DNA of 64,000 nucleotides from contig JABDRN010000061.1 of the NCBI GenBank assembly GCA_013041745.1, positions 2,975 to 66,974 of the forward strand. The letters run 5' to 3'. Below are positions 46,824 through 56,966 of the stretch, piece after piece; the stretch's first letter is position 1; the number at the start of each line of letters is the position of its first letter. Origin of the DNA: Gammaproteobacteria bacterium. Its GTDB lineage: Bacteria; Pseudomonadota; Gammaproteobacteria; SZUA-229. The position numbers and the translations under genes are program-made. The notes below the pieces were generated by a model. The model worked only from the letters and a program-made list of their open reading frames with translations. It searched no databases and was not told where the DNA came from.

Positions 46824-48275
46824 ATGGAAAAGGCAGATATCGGGCTTATCGGACTTGCAGTAATGGGGCAAAACCTTGTGCTGAATATGGCAGACCACGG
46901 CTATCGCGTGGCTGTATTCAACCGCACCACCAGCAAGGTCGACGAATTCATCGAGGGCCCGGCAAAAGGTACAAGCATTATTGGTACGCACAGCATGGAA
47001 GAACTTGTGGCATCACTGGCTACACCACGTAAAGTCATGCTGATGGTAAAGGCGGGTGAGGTCGTCGACCGTTTCATCGATATGCTGCTGCCATTACTGG
47101 AGCCGGGCGATGTTATTATCGATGGCGGCAATTCTCATTATCCTGATTCGACGCGACGTACCACCTACCTGAGGGAGAAAGGCCTGCGTTTTATCGGAAC
47201 CGGGGTTTCCGGTGGTGAAGAAGGTGCGCGTCATGGGCCATCCATCATGCCCGGCGGTGATGCTGATGCCTGGCCGCTGGTAAAAGATATCTTCCAGGCG
47301 GTATCAGCAAAAGTTGATGGCGAACCGTGCTGCCAGTGGGTAGGGCAGGATGGTGCCGGGCATTTCGTGAAGATGGTGCATAACGGTATCGAATATGGCG
47401 ATATGCAGCTCATCTGCGAAGCCTATTCATTGATGGAGAATGCGCTCGGCATGAGCTGTGATGAGATGCATGAAGTATTCAAAGAGTGGAATAGCGGCGT
47501 CCTCGACTCATACCTGATCGATATCACCAAAGATATCCTCGCCATGAAAGATGAAGACGGCGAACCGCTGGTCGATAAGATACTCGATACAGCCGGCCAG
47601 AAAGGTACCGGCAAATGGACCGGTATCAGCGCGCTCGATCTCGGTGTACCGCTGACGCTGATCGGCGAATCGGTGTTTGCACGAGTGCTGTCATCACTAA
47701 AAGATGAGCGTGTTCGTGCTTCTGCAATACTTGGCCCACGACCTGATATCTCTTTCAGCGGCAGCCGTGATGAGATCATAGAGGCGCTTCGTGATGCGCT
47801 GTATGCATCCAAGATCATCTCCTATGCACAGGGCTTTATGCTGATGCGAGAAGCTGCTAAGGAGATGGCCTGGGATCTGAATTACGGTGAGATCGCACTG
47901 ATGTGGCGCGGTGGCTGTATCATACGCAGCACCTTCCTCGGCAATATAAAAGATGCCTATGAGAAGGACCCTGGGCTGGAAAACCTGGCGCTGGACTCCT
48001 TCTTCAGCGAAGCGCTTAAATCTGCAGAAGCGGGCTGGCGAAAAGCCGTGGTGCTGGCGGTAGAGAACGGTATTCCGGCACCGGCATTTTCATCGGCATT
48101 ATCCTATTTCGATGGCTACCGCAGTGAGCGCCTGCCGGCGAACCTGTTACAGGCACAGCGCGACTACTTCGGTGCGCATACATACGAGCGTCTGGATGCA
48201 GCGCGAGGCGAGTTCTTCCACACAGACTGGACCGGCCATGGCGGCAAAGTTGCTTCGACGACTTATGAGGTGTAA
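46824..48275 (+). CDS. gnd: 6-phosphogluconate dehydrogenase (decarboxylating)
   Basis: [22 protein letters not shown], the full-length 483 aa and many conserved Gnd blocks (e.g. [14 protein letters not shown]). Confidence 0.95.
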   Translation: MEKADIGLIGLAVMGQNLVLNMADHGYRVAVFNRTTSKVDEFIEGPAKGTSIIGTHSMEELVASLATPRKVMLMVKAGEVVDRFIDMLLPLLEPGDVIIDGGNSHYPDSTRRTTYLREKGLRFIGTGVSGGEEGARHGPSIMPGGDADAWPLVKDIFQAVSAKVDGEPCCQWVGQDGAGHFVKMVHNGIEYGDMQLICEAYSLMENALGMSCDEMHEVFKEWNSGVLDSYLIDITKDILAMKDEDGEPLVDKILDTAGQKGTGKWTGISALDLGVPLTLIGESVFARVLSSLKDERVRASAILGPRPDISFSGSRDEIIEALRDALYASKIISYAQGFMLMREAAKEMAWDLNYGEIALMWRGGCIIRSTFLGNIKDAYEKDPGLENLALDSFFSEALKSAEAGWRKAVVLAVENGIPAPAFSSALSYFDGYRSERLPANLLQAQRDYFGAHTYERLDAARGEFFHTDWTGHGGKVASTTYEV

Positions 48276-48365
48276 TCAGGTTAAGGCGCGCTATCAGCAA
48301 AGGCAGGAAATCTACCTACCGAAAGTCAGCATACAGACTGCTGCTTTTATATGGCAGGAGAATAA

Positions 48366-48391
48366 AAGGCTCACATTTCGCTGTGAGCCTT
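48366..48391. terminator. hairpin terminator between gnd and the DsrC/TusE-like gene
   Basis: 10-bp stem aaggctcaca/tgtgagcctt with a 6-nt loop. Confidence 0.55.
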
Positions 48392-48404
48392 CTATAAAGT
48401 TGGT

Positions 48405-48734
48405 TTACGCACCTCTACAGTGGCAGTTCGGTAACCCGGCTATCTTACACGCCAGTTTGCATCCACCTTTACCAAACAGGCCTTCCAGGTGTTGTCTAGT
48501 GCATGGTGCCGTAGGATTGATTTCTTTGCTAAGCTTTTTAATGATGACTCTTGGGTCAGGGGCCATATCATATTCGGCCTGATAGTCTCTTAAAAAGTCA
48601 ATAACGAGCCAATGACAATCCGTTAACTCCAGTCCATGCTCTGCTGCCATATCTATAGCAAATTCTTTGCTCCAAGCATCAAAATTAGCCAGGTAACCAT
48701 CGTTGTTATACTCTAAATTCACATTTTGTAACAT
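48405..48734 (-). CDS. DsrC/TusE-family protein with an atypical Cys-rich C-terminus
   Basis: LELTDCHWLVIDFLRDYQAEY...LFGKGGCKLACKIAGLP follows the DsrC/TusE fold pattern, but the end reads NCHCRGA. The ATG at 48734 has a GGAG 5 nt upstream. The track start at 48749 is also possible. Confidence 0.7.
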   Translation of the reverse strand: MLQNVNLEYNNDGYLANFDAWSKEFAIDMAAEHGLELTDCHWLVIDFLRDYQAEYDMAPDPRVIIKKLSKEINPTAPCTRQHLEGLFGKGGCKLACKIAGLPNCHCRGA

Positions 48735-48807
48735 TTCTCCAGCCTCCATAATTTAATTTATTACTTCACCCGCAATACTATACTAATTAATAGATATTAA
48801 ATATTAC

Positions 48808-48821
48808 TTGATAATTATCAA
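48808..48821. promoter_or_regulatory. perfect FNR/CRP-family box TTGAT-N4-ATCAA upstream of the DsrC/TusE-like gene
   Basis: ttgataattatcaa. A TATAGT -10-like hexamer on the minus strand (48782-48777) places the box centre roughly 42-45 nt upstream of a plausible start site. Confidence 0.4.
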
Positions 48822-49095
48822 CAAAGGCTAAGAAACATCATAAAAACTTTAAATATGAAAGATGATTTCATAAGTTAAATTAATGACTTGTATATAATCA
48901 ATTAGAAAAATATAAGAAAATATTAATATACTGTTAAAGTGCATTAATATTTAAATATTAATAACATATAACTGATATCTGAGTGTTTGCTAGAGGTGAA
49001 AAAACCATTATCCTGCATAATTGACAGCATCTTCTGATACTTTGGCAGCTATCCTGACACACCCTGTGTTGCTGTCTTCGGGTTAATAACAGGAT

Positions 49096-51237
49096 TTAGA
49101 TATTTACTCTGGCGAGGTGGAAATGACCATCAGCTCTTCGTCTCTGCTCATAGAGTTTAAGTAGCTCAGCGAGAGGCATCGGCTTAGCATAATAATAGCC
49201 CTGAAAAACATCGCAATCGTGTTCGCACAGGAAATCAATCTGGTCAGCGTGCTCGACTCCCTCAGCGACGACCCCGATGTTCATGCCATGTGCCATGGCA
49301 ATAATCGCCCGGGTGATCGATGTATCTTCACTGCTCTGTGGTAATCCTGAGATAAAGCTTCTGTCGATTTTAAGCTTATTGATTGGGAAACTTTTCAGGT
49401 AGCTCATCGAGGAGAAGCCGGTGCCGAAATCATCGATAGCAACAAGTATGCCCATAGCTCTAAGCTTATTGACCTTGTCTATAACCAGGGAGCTGTCATC
49501 CATGAGTATGCTTTCTGTTAGTTCAAATTCGAGCAGCCCAGCCTGTGTCTTGAAAGTGTCTAAGGCATTGCGAACGGTATCGATGAAGGCATTATCTCGA
49601 ATCTGGATGCCCGAGATATTGATAGCGATACTGACGTCTGTTATGCCGGCTTTTACCAGCCGGTTACAATCTTCACAGGCAGTATTGATCAGCCATTGAC
49701 CTAAAGACGGGATCAGCCCCGTCTCCTCCGCGATCGGTATGAACTCGCCTGGTGAGATCATACCTTTTTCAGGGTGGTGCCAGCGCATCAGGGCTTCGAT
49801 GCCGCACAGTGTTTCGTCATGAGAGTCGACCTGTGGCTGGTAATACAGCTCCAACTGCCCTTTATCTATGGCATGGCGCAGATCGCTCTCTAACTGAAAC
49901 TTTCGGCTGTGCTCGTCATTCATCTTTTTGTTGAAATACTGGTAGTTATTCTTGCCGCGCAGTTTTGCTTCATACATCGCCATATCAGCGTTGACCAGGA
50001 GGTCATTTGATACGGTCGCGTCTTCCGGGCAGATACTTATACCGATGCTTACGCCGATGAAAAAATTATTGCCTTCGAAAACAAAAGGGTTTGATAGTGC
50101 ATCGATACACTTCTCTGAGACGATGGAGATATCATCTACATGGTTTATATTCTCTACGATGATGGCGAACTCATCGCCACCAATACGGCAGATATAGTCA
50201 TTCTTGCGGAGTACATTGGACAGCCTCGATGAAGCCTGTTTTAACAGCATGTCACCGGTTTTATGCCCGAGTGTGTCGTTGACGATCTTGAAGTTGTCCA
50301 GGTCGAGGAATAGCAGCGCCATCACCTGTTTCGTGGTAATCGCATGCTCGACGGTGCGTTCCAGGTGCTCATGAAAAAAATGGCGATTGGGTAAGTCAGT
50401 GATGACATCGTAGTAGGCCAGTTTATCCAGGTGCTCTTCAGCCCGGTATCGTTCTGAGAGTTCATGGGCAAGCTTCTCGTCATTCACCTGGATGTGTGAC
50501 AGCATCTCATTGAAGCCGCGTGAGAGGATGCCGATCTCATCATCTGTGGTGTGCTCGACTCGGACGCTATAATCATTTTTCTGGATGACGGTGTCCATCA
50601 GGCCTGACAGGTTCTGCAGCGGAGCGGTGATGCTCTTTCGCAGTTTCAGCAGCAGCAGTGAAGCCAGGCTAAGGCCGATCAATGCTACGATAGTGGTATA
50701 GATAAGATAATTGATGATATTGCTGTACATGCCTGAGATGTCTGCTTCGATGAACAGGTTGCCAATGATGTCACCTTCGAAGCTGATCTCCTGGTTGATA
50801 TGTATCTTGTTGCTGAGCAAGCTGTCGTCTTTGTGTTGATGTATCTCTGTCTCTATATCATCATGATCATTCTCTGACATATGCAGGTCACTGATGTTAT
50901 TTTTGATGCCTTGCCTGATGTAACTTGCAAGTACACCTCCCTGGGCGTCATAGATAGCTGCTATATGCACCTGTGGAGAGGAGATGAAAGCTTGCAGGAT
51001 ATCTTCAGCGCCTTTCTCGTCTTTAAACACCAGGGCTGCGGTAGTATTGCTGGCCACCATCTTCGCCTGGACGTTGAGTGATTCCATGATGAAGTCGCGT
51101 TTTGTGAGGTACTCGCCGAACACGGCCATGATCACGGCGAATGACAATGCCGTGGTGGTGACCGCCAGGTTGATGACAAGGAACTTGTTCTGTATAGACA
51201 GGTTACTGAGGAATTTTCTTATCGCCACAACAGGCAT
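49096..51237 (-). CDS. membrane sensor diguanylate cyclase/phosphodiesterase (periplasmic domain-HAMP-GGDEF-EAL)
   Basis: Two TM segments flank a periplasmic region of about 150 aa. HAMP domain, then RIGGDEFAI (GGDEF), and EALMRW plus DDFGTGFSS (EAL). Confidence 0.9.
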   Translation of the reverse strand: MPVVAIRKFLSNLSIQNKFLVINLAVTTTALSFAVIMAVFGEYLTKRDFIMESLNVQAKMVASNTTAALVFKDEKGAEDILQAFISSPQVHIAAIYDAQGGVLASYIRQGIKNNISDLHMSENDHDDIETEIHQHKDDSLLSNKIHINQEISFEGDIIGNLFIEADISGMYSNIINYLIYTTIVALIGLSLASLLLLKLRKSITAPLQNLSGLMDTVIQKNDYSVRVEHTTDDEIGILSRGFNEMLSHIQVNDEKLAHELSERYRAEEHLDKLAYYDVITDLPNRHFFHEHLERTVEHAITTKQVMALLFLDLDNFKIVNDTLGHKTGDMLLKQASSRLSNVLRKNDYICRIGGDEFAIIVENINHVDDISIVSEKCIDALSNPFVFEGNNFFIGVSIGISICPEDATVSNDLLVNADMAMYEAKLRGKNNYQYFNKKMNDEHSRKFQLESDLRHAIDKGQLELYYQPQVDSHDETLCGIEALMRWHHPEKGMISPGEFIPIAEETGLIPSLGQWLINTACEDCNRLVKAGITDVSIAINISGIQIRDNAFIDTVRNALDTFKTQAGLLEFELTESILMDDSSLVIDKVNKLRAMGILVAIDDFGTGFSSMSYLKSFPINKLKIDRSFISGLPQSSEDTSITRAIIAMAHGMNIGVVAEGVEHADQIDFLCEHDCDVFQGYYYAKPMPLAELLKLYEQRRRADGHFHLARVNI

Positions 51238-51240
51238 GAG

Positions 51241-51771
51241 CTAATTTACCTCTCTGGCGAGCCGGAGTAGTTTTGCGCTTATCTCAAGATCTGAAGCCAG
51301 CGCCATGGTATGGTTTACGTCGAAAGCGATCTTGTCATCATTGATGCTCAGACCGATCATGACGCCGAACTCGGTCACATTCCTGGCATCAGAAACCGTC
51401 AGTACATGTGTACCATCTATCTTTTTAAGGGCGCGCTCGAAAAGATATCGCTCAGGCGGGATGATGTTCAAAAAAGCGATATGACAGCTCCTCACCTCAT
51501 CTATTTTCTGGGTGCGTATCACTCTGATGGTTCGGCCGTTGCTTATCTTGCCATCGATCTTATCGATATTTTTCCCAAATGGATCTTTACCGAATATACA
51601 GATCTTAAGCTCATCTGACTTATCGGGCCATTGAGTGAACTTGGCAAAATTATAGATAAAACCGGCCTTGATGGTGTATTCGGAAACGTTATCAGCGACC
51701 GCGACAACAGGCATCTGTGCCACCAGAATGGCATAGAGCAGTAGCAGGTTTTTGATCGTTTTCATATGCAA
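51241..51771 (-). CDS. YfiR-like (DUF4154) periplasmic protein
   Basis: Signal peptide followed by YTIKAGFIYNFAKFTQWPD, the DUF4154 signature as I recall it. Confidence 0.7.
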   Translation of the reverse strand: MHMKTIKNLLLLYAILVAQMPVVAVADNVSEYTIKAGFIYNFAKFTQWPDKSDELKICIFGKDPFGKNIDKIDGKISNGRTIRVIRTQKIDEVRSCHIAFLNIIPPERYLFERALKKIDGTHVLTVSDARNVTEFGVMIGLSINDDKIAFDVNHTMALASDLEISAKLLRLAREVN

Positions 51772-51795
51772 GACGGTATTACCTTGAGCGGCGCT

Positions 51796-53826
51796 CTAAA
51801 ACGTGTAGCTAGCTTTGATTCTAAAATTTCGACCATCCTGAACGATGCTGCTCTGAACATGTTCGACAGATACAGGGTCGGCATACTGTTTATCGAACAG
51901 GTTGTATATGCTCGCAGACAGCTCCAGTCGCTCATATATCTTCTGGCTGGACAGGGTCAGGTTGGTTATGCTGTAACCGCCGGTGCTGCCACCGTTAGGC
52001 GTCGTACGCGAGCTCATGTACTGAAACTCGATACCGGCATCGGCGTTCTGCCTGAATACAGGAGCGCTCATGTTGAACTTGAACATGTGTTCTGGCGAAT
52101 TGGTCAGACGCACACCGGTCGATTTGTCTTCGGTATCGACGAAACTGTAACTGCTGCGTAATTGCAGGCCGTTGTCATCGATATACTCGGCTTCCAGGTC
52201 TGTACCCTGTGCTGTTACGTCGTCAAGGTTGTTAAAAAACAGATCGCCCGTGCCAGGGTCCTCGAACAGGCCGATAAGGTTTGTCGTCTTATTCGAATAA
52301 AATGAGGCAGCTAACCTGAAATTATTATTCAGGTAGTGTTCGATACCTATTTCGAACGTCTCAACTTCTTCAGGCTCCAGTTCGGTATTCGGCAGATAGC
52401 CCAGGGTCTCCGGGTAGAACAGCTCATAAGCATTTGGGTTGCGGTAGGAAGTACCATAGATGAATTTTAGTGTGGTTTCAGGCTGCATGGCATATATCAG
52501 GGCGAGCCGAGGACTGGCGATACTCTTTTTTATATTAGATGTATTAGTGCCATAGATGTTTCTGTCATATCGGATGCCTGCATTCAGGATGAGCTGTTGC
52601 GACAGTTTTATCTCATCCTGCAGGTACAGACCATACCTCTCGCCAGAGCGCATGTCATCGAGATAGCTGGCGAACGGGTCAACATCATAGTTTGCCTGCT
52701 GCTGTGTTCCGTTATTCTGCAGCTCTGTGCCAAGTATGATGCGATGGTTGTCGAAATGGGTGCTCTGGTAGCGGAGCTCGGCATTCCACCATTCGCCGAG
52801 GGATTCATCTCTGTTCACGGTGAGCGGCGGATAGTCATAGATATAGTCCCCTATGTATTCGAATCTGCCTAACGAAATGCTGCCAAATACCTGCGATCTA
52901 CTATCGATAGCGCTATCATAAGTCAATGTCGCCATACCGAGAGTGTCTGTCGTCTCACTGGGTGGCATGTTGAATTCCTGTTCATAAGAGGCGGTAGGTA
53001 TGCCTTTCGTGCGATTGTTGTAGGCGGCTTCAAACCCCCAGCTTTCATATTTCAGTTTGAGGAAGAGGTTCTGGGATTCATGGTAATCACGCCCGACCGC
53101 AACGCCGTTATTCGTTGCGGGGTCGTCAAACTCGGGGAAGTAGAGGTCAGCGCCATCGCTCTTGTAAGCTGAGGCTGAGAAAAGCGCATCGATACCACTG
53201 TCGAAGCTGCTGCCGGCACTCACCCGGGCCCTGCGGCTATTCTCGCTGGCATAATCAGCCGAGACCTGGACGCCATCGATCGCATCGCCACTCTTGGTGA
53301 TGACGTTGATGACGCCAAACACCGCGTTGGCGCCATAGATGGCAGAGCCGGGACCAGCGGAAAACTCGACACGTTCGATAAGGTCGACATTGATGATGCT
53401 GTCGTAATCGATGCCGAAGCTGTCGTAGATGTTGTCATTGACCCGCTGGCCATCGAGCAGCATCAATATTCGAGTACTGTAATCACCCGGCAGGCCAAAT
53501 CCGCGTACGCCGAGATAGCTGTAATTGCGGTCATAGGTGGTATATAGACCTGGAATACTGTTAAGGATATCCTTCACAGTCCTGTAGCCGAACTGCCTGA
53601 TTGCATCCGAGGTGATGACAGTCACTCTGGAAGGCGCTTCACTGGTCTTCTGGTTAAATTTAGAGGCTGTAAAAACCTCGGTGTTGAGTAATTGCTCTAA
53701 TGAAATTTCTGTTATGTCACCGGCTTCTATGTTCACCTGGCCAGCGTTATACTCATGTGCGAAAATCTTACTGGCACAAGTCATTGCCAGGACTGTTAAA
53801 AATATACTGCGTGAGAAAACTGTCAT
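51796..53826 (-). CDS. TonB-dependent outer-membrane receptor
   Basis: Signal peptide, plug domain (VTVITSDAIRQFGYRTVKDILNSIPGL), a long barrel and a C-terminal ...NFRIKASYTF. Confidence 0.85.
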   Translation of the reverse strand: MTVFSRSIFLTVLAMTCASKIFAHEYNAGQVNIEAGDITEISLEQLLNTEVFTASKFNQKTSEAPSRVTVITSDAIRQFGYRTVKDILNSIPGLYTTYDRNYSYLGVRGFGLPGDYSTRILMLLDGQRVNDNIYDSFGIDYDSIINVDLIERVEFSAGPGSAIYGANAVFGVINVITKSGDAIDGVQVSADYASENSRRARVSAGSSFDSGIDALFSASAYKSDGADLYFPEFDDPATNNGVAVGRDYHESQNLFLKLKYESWGFEAAYNNRTKGIPTASYEQEFNMPPSETTDTLGMATLTYDSAIDSRSQVFGSISLGRFEYIGDYIYDYPPLTVNRDESLGEWWNAELRYQSTHFDNHRIILGTELQNNGTQQQANYDVDPFASYLDDMRSGERYGLYLQDEIKLSQQLILNAGIRYDRNIYGTNTSNIKKSIASPRLALIYAMQPETTLKFIYGTSYRNPNAYELFYPETLGYLPNTELEPEEVETFEIGIEHYLNNNFRLAASFYSNKTTNLIGLFEDPGTGDLFFNNLDDVTAQGTDLEAEYIDDNGLQLRSSYSFVDTEDKSTGVRLTNSPEHMFKFNMSAPVFRQNADAGIEFQYMSSRTTPNGGSTGGYSITNLTLSSQKIYERLELSASIYNLFDKQYADPVSVEHVQSSIVQDGRNFRIKASYTF

Positions 53827-54190
53827 ATCAATTATTGCCTGGCAGCATCGTTACCGCCCCTTTGTATGTGCAACTTATAAATAACCCGATTCATGAAATA
53901 GAGATTTAAAAACTGAAGGTTCGCTTCAGTATTTATAGACCATGATCATGCATAAAGCAGGCATTAGAAGACTAAAGGTAATTATTACTATATCAATGAC
54001 TTATTTGTCAGTAAGTCGACAGTTCATGTCGCAGATACAACTTAGGAAGAGGTTTACAGTGTAGAGATTATTTCACTATTTATGCGACCAGTTTATATTT
54101 ATCATTGATCGATTATCCGGCTGTGGCTTGTCGGCAACTGAAAGGCAGCAGGTACGAGGTCAGGAATAACGCGTTGAAGTTATTAAGCGA

Positions 54191-54221
54191 TAAAAAAGGC
54201 CGCTGAATTCAGCGGCCTTTT
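54191..54221. terminator. Rho-independent terminator downstream of the GS-III gene
   Basis: aaaaaaggccgctgaattcagcggccttttt is a perfect 10-bp stem with flanking A and T runs. Confidence 0.7.
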
Positions 54222-54240
54222 TAGCTGTTTACATACTGAT

Positions 54241-54339
54241 GTGTCATCTCGACAGGGCAGAGTCCGTCGACTAGATGGACAAGAGCTCTGCTTATCCGCT
54301 CCCTGCGTTATCCTGCCACCGCATCCTGCCTGAGATGAC
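54241..54339. repeat. palindromic intergenic element, copy D
   Basis: tgtcatctc (54241-54249) and gagatgaca (54331-54339) are reverse complements. The left end tgtcatctcgacagggcagag resembles the left end of copy C, tgtcatctcgagcaaagggacag. Confidence 0.5.
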
Positions 54340-54346
54340 AGGGGTT

Positions 54347-56533
54347 TTATTTAATAAACAGCATCTCCTGGTATTTAGGAAGAGGCCATAGCTCATCTGA
54401 TACTTCTGCTTCCAGGGTATCGGCATGGGCGCGTACTTCATCCATCAGGCCACGGATATCGTTTGCACAGAACTGCATATGTTCCTCAGTCGATGCAAAG
54501 TCTTCTTTTTCCAGGGCTTCACAGAGTTTATCGACTGCCGACATCATCGCATTGACCTCAGCAGCAACTGTTTCTGCGGTTGAGTTATCAAGATCGATCT
54601 TGAGCTTGGCCATACGTTTGCCGGTCTTTGCCAGACCTGAGAGGTAGCTCATCGCTGCCGGGTATATAGAAGTCTTAGCCATGTCGATAACGAGCTTGGC
54701 TTCGACTTCTATCGACAGTACATATTGCTCGGCATAAACTTCGAAACGGCTCTCCAGTTCGACTGGTGACAGCACGCCGGTATCAGCGAACAGTTTCTTT
54801 ACAGATTCTTCGCGCAGCGCCGGCAGGGCGTCAGCCGTGGTCGGGATGTTCTTCAGGCCACGTTCTTTAACCGCCATCTCGTGCCAGTCGGTAGAATAAC
54901 CGTCACCACCGAAAACGGCATTACCATGCTCGCTCATCAGTTCTTTGAGTACGGTAACCACAGCAGCGGCTTTATCAGCACCACCGTTTAATTCAGACTC
55001 CAGTTTGCCGGCGATCCAGTTCAGTGAATCCGCCAGCATAGTGTTCATGGCAACGAGAGGCCCTGAGACAGACTGTGCTGAACCGACTGCACGGAACTCG
55101 AAGCGGTTGCCGGTGAAGGCGAACGGTGAAGTCCTGTTACGGTCACCCGGATCACGCTCGAATTTGAGGATCTGGTCAAGTCCAAGATCCATCTCGCCAC
55201 CATGTTCATGTGTCGTCACTTTGCCATCTTTGATATCCTGGAAAACCTTTTCCAGCTGGTCGCCAAGATAAACGGAGAGGATAGCCGGAGGTGCTTCGTT
55301 TGCGCCCAGGCGGTGGTCGTTTCCGGCAGAGGCGATGACCGCACGCAGTAAGGGGCCATATTTATGAACACCGCGGATAACCGCGCCGCAGAACAGCAGG
55401 AAGTTCAGGTTCTCATGCGGTGTGCTGCCCGGATCCAGCAGGTTACCCTGGGTGGCATTACCGACAGACCAGTTGACGTGTTTACCTGAGCCATTGATGC
55501 CGGCAAATGGTTTTTCATGCAGCAGACAGACGAAGCCGTGTTTCTTCGCGGTGCTCTTCAGCAGCGTCATCATCAGCTGCTGATGGTCGGCAGCAACGTT
55601 GGCAGCCTCGAAGTAAGGTGCGATCTCGAACTGGCCGGGAGCAACCTCATTGTGATGTGTCTTGGCAGGGATGCCCAGGCGATAGAGTTTGTCCTCAAAG
55701 TCCTGCATGAAGACCTGAACGCGAGCCGGGATAGCACCGAAGTAGTGATCATCGAACTCCTGGCCTTTGGCTGAGGGCGCACCGAACAGGGTACGGCCAG
55801 CTAACAGCAGGTCAGGCCGTGTATTGGCGAAGGCGGCATCGACCAGGAAGTATTCCTGCTCAGCACCACAGCTTGAGTTCAGCGGTGCAATCTCGGTCTC
55901 GCCCATCAGCGAGAGTACTTTCTGTGCCGCTTTGTTCATCGCGTCGTTAGAGCGTAACAGCGGAATCTTTTTATCCAGTGCTTCACCGGTCCAGGACATG
56001 AATACACAAGGGATCATCAGGGTAGCGCCATTATCTGTCTCCATGACATAGGCCGGGCTGGTCGGGTCCCATGCGGTATAACCGCGCGCTGCGTTGGTCA
56101 TACGGATACTGCCGTTAGGAAAAGAAGAACCATCAGGTTCGCCCTTGATCAACAGGCTGCCGGTAAATTCGGTGATCGCATTGCCATCAGAGGTGGTAAT
56201 AATGAAACCATCATGTTTCTCTGCGGTGACATTGGTCATCGGATAGAAGATATGAGAGAAGAATTTGCAGCCTTTGGAAACAGCCCATTCTTTCATTGCC
56301 GCAGCAACGACGTCAGCGGTAGCAGCATCCAGCGGTTCGCCGGTCTGTACTGTTTTCTTGACCGCCTTGAATGCATTTTTTGACAGCGCCCATTCCATGC
56401 GCGCGAGATTGAAAACGTCGTCCGCCCAGATCTTTCCTAACCTGTCGGTCATCGTCACTTTCATCGGCTCACGGGTTGTTATTTGAGATATCGCTTGTAA
56501 GCGAGATGTGTTACTCATTTTCTTCTTCCTCAA
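54347..56533 (-). CDS. glnN: type III glutamine synthetase
   Basis: 728 aa, the GS-III size class. NGSGKHVNWS and the surrounding catalytic blocks are present. Confidence 0.88.
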   Translation of the reverse strand: MRKKKMSNTSRLQAISQITTREPMKVTMTDRLGKIWADDVFNLARMEWALSKNAFKAVKKTVQTGEPLDAATADVVAAAMKEWAVSKGCKFFSHIFYPMTNVTAEKHDGFIITTSDGNAITEFTGSLLIKGEPDGSSFPNGSIRMTNAARGYTAWDPTSPAYVMETDNGATLMIPCVFMSWTGEALDKKIPLLRSNDAMNKAAQKVLSLMGETEIAPLNSSCGAEQEYFLVDAAFANTRPDLLLAGRTLFGAPSAKGQEFDDHYFGAIPARVQVFMQDFEDKLYRLGIPAKTHHNEVAPGQFEIAPYFEAANVAADHQQLMMTLLKSTAKKHGFVCLLHEKPFAGINGSGKHVNWSVGNATQGNLLDPGSTPHENLNFLLFCGAVIRGVHKYGPLLRAVIASAGNDHRLGANEAPPAILSVYLGDQLEKVFQDIKDGKVTTHEHGGEMDLGLDQILKFERDPGDRNRTSPFAFTGNRFEFRAVGSAQSVSGPLVAMNTMLADSLNWIAGKLESELNGGADKAAAVVTVLKELMSEHGNAVFGGDGYSTDWHEMAVKERGLKNIPTTADALPALREESVKKLFADTGVLSPVELESRFEVYAEQYVLSIEVEAKLVIDMAKTSIYPAAMSYLSGLAKTGKRMAKLKIDLDNSTAETVAAEVNAMMSAVDKLCEALEKEDFASTEEHMQFCANDIRGLMDEVRAHADTLEAEVSDELWPLPKYQEMLFIK

Positions 56534-56966
56534 CTAAGGTTTGTTAAATTAATTTCTCGAAATGTGATCATTAAGCTACTGCCATTTTTCTCTATCGACA
56601 GGTGGTTTTAAGGAATCACTTTCCTGGCTGACATAACATCGTCTTTAAACTGGATGACGTATTGAAGGTGTTTAAGCAACTATCATACCAACATGCAAAA
56701 TGCATGAAGATTGTCGTGAAATCGGTTAAAAACACTATCATATGGCGACCAATTTTTACTGGCTTCAAGAGTGTGGATGTGTATTGGTGTAATAATATTG
56801 TATTTGTGAGCCATTATGGTGCGCAGCGGTCGATACTGGTGCGTTATTCGTAGAGAGTGATGTGAGTCAACAGTATATTTAAAAACTTTTTTCCTTAGCA
56901 ATTCTTTTCTGATATAAGTAAGTGGCATCAAGAAATGTTGATACTTCTTTCACGCTGGGCCTTTCG

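Noticed and set aside
56570-56600. Possible sigma-54 promoter upstream of the GS-III gene (TGGCAG on the minus strand).
   Set aside because: The GC dinucleotide follows the GG at the wrong spacing (5 nt too close), and there is no TTGC at the -12 position.
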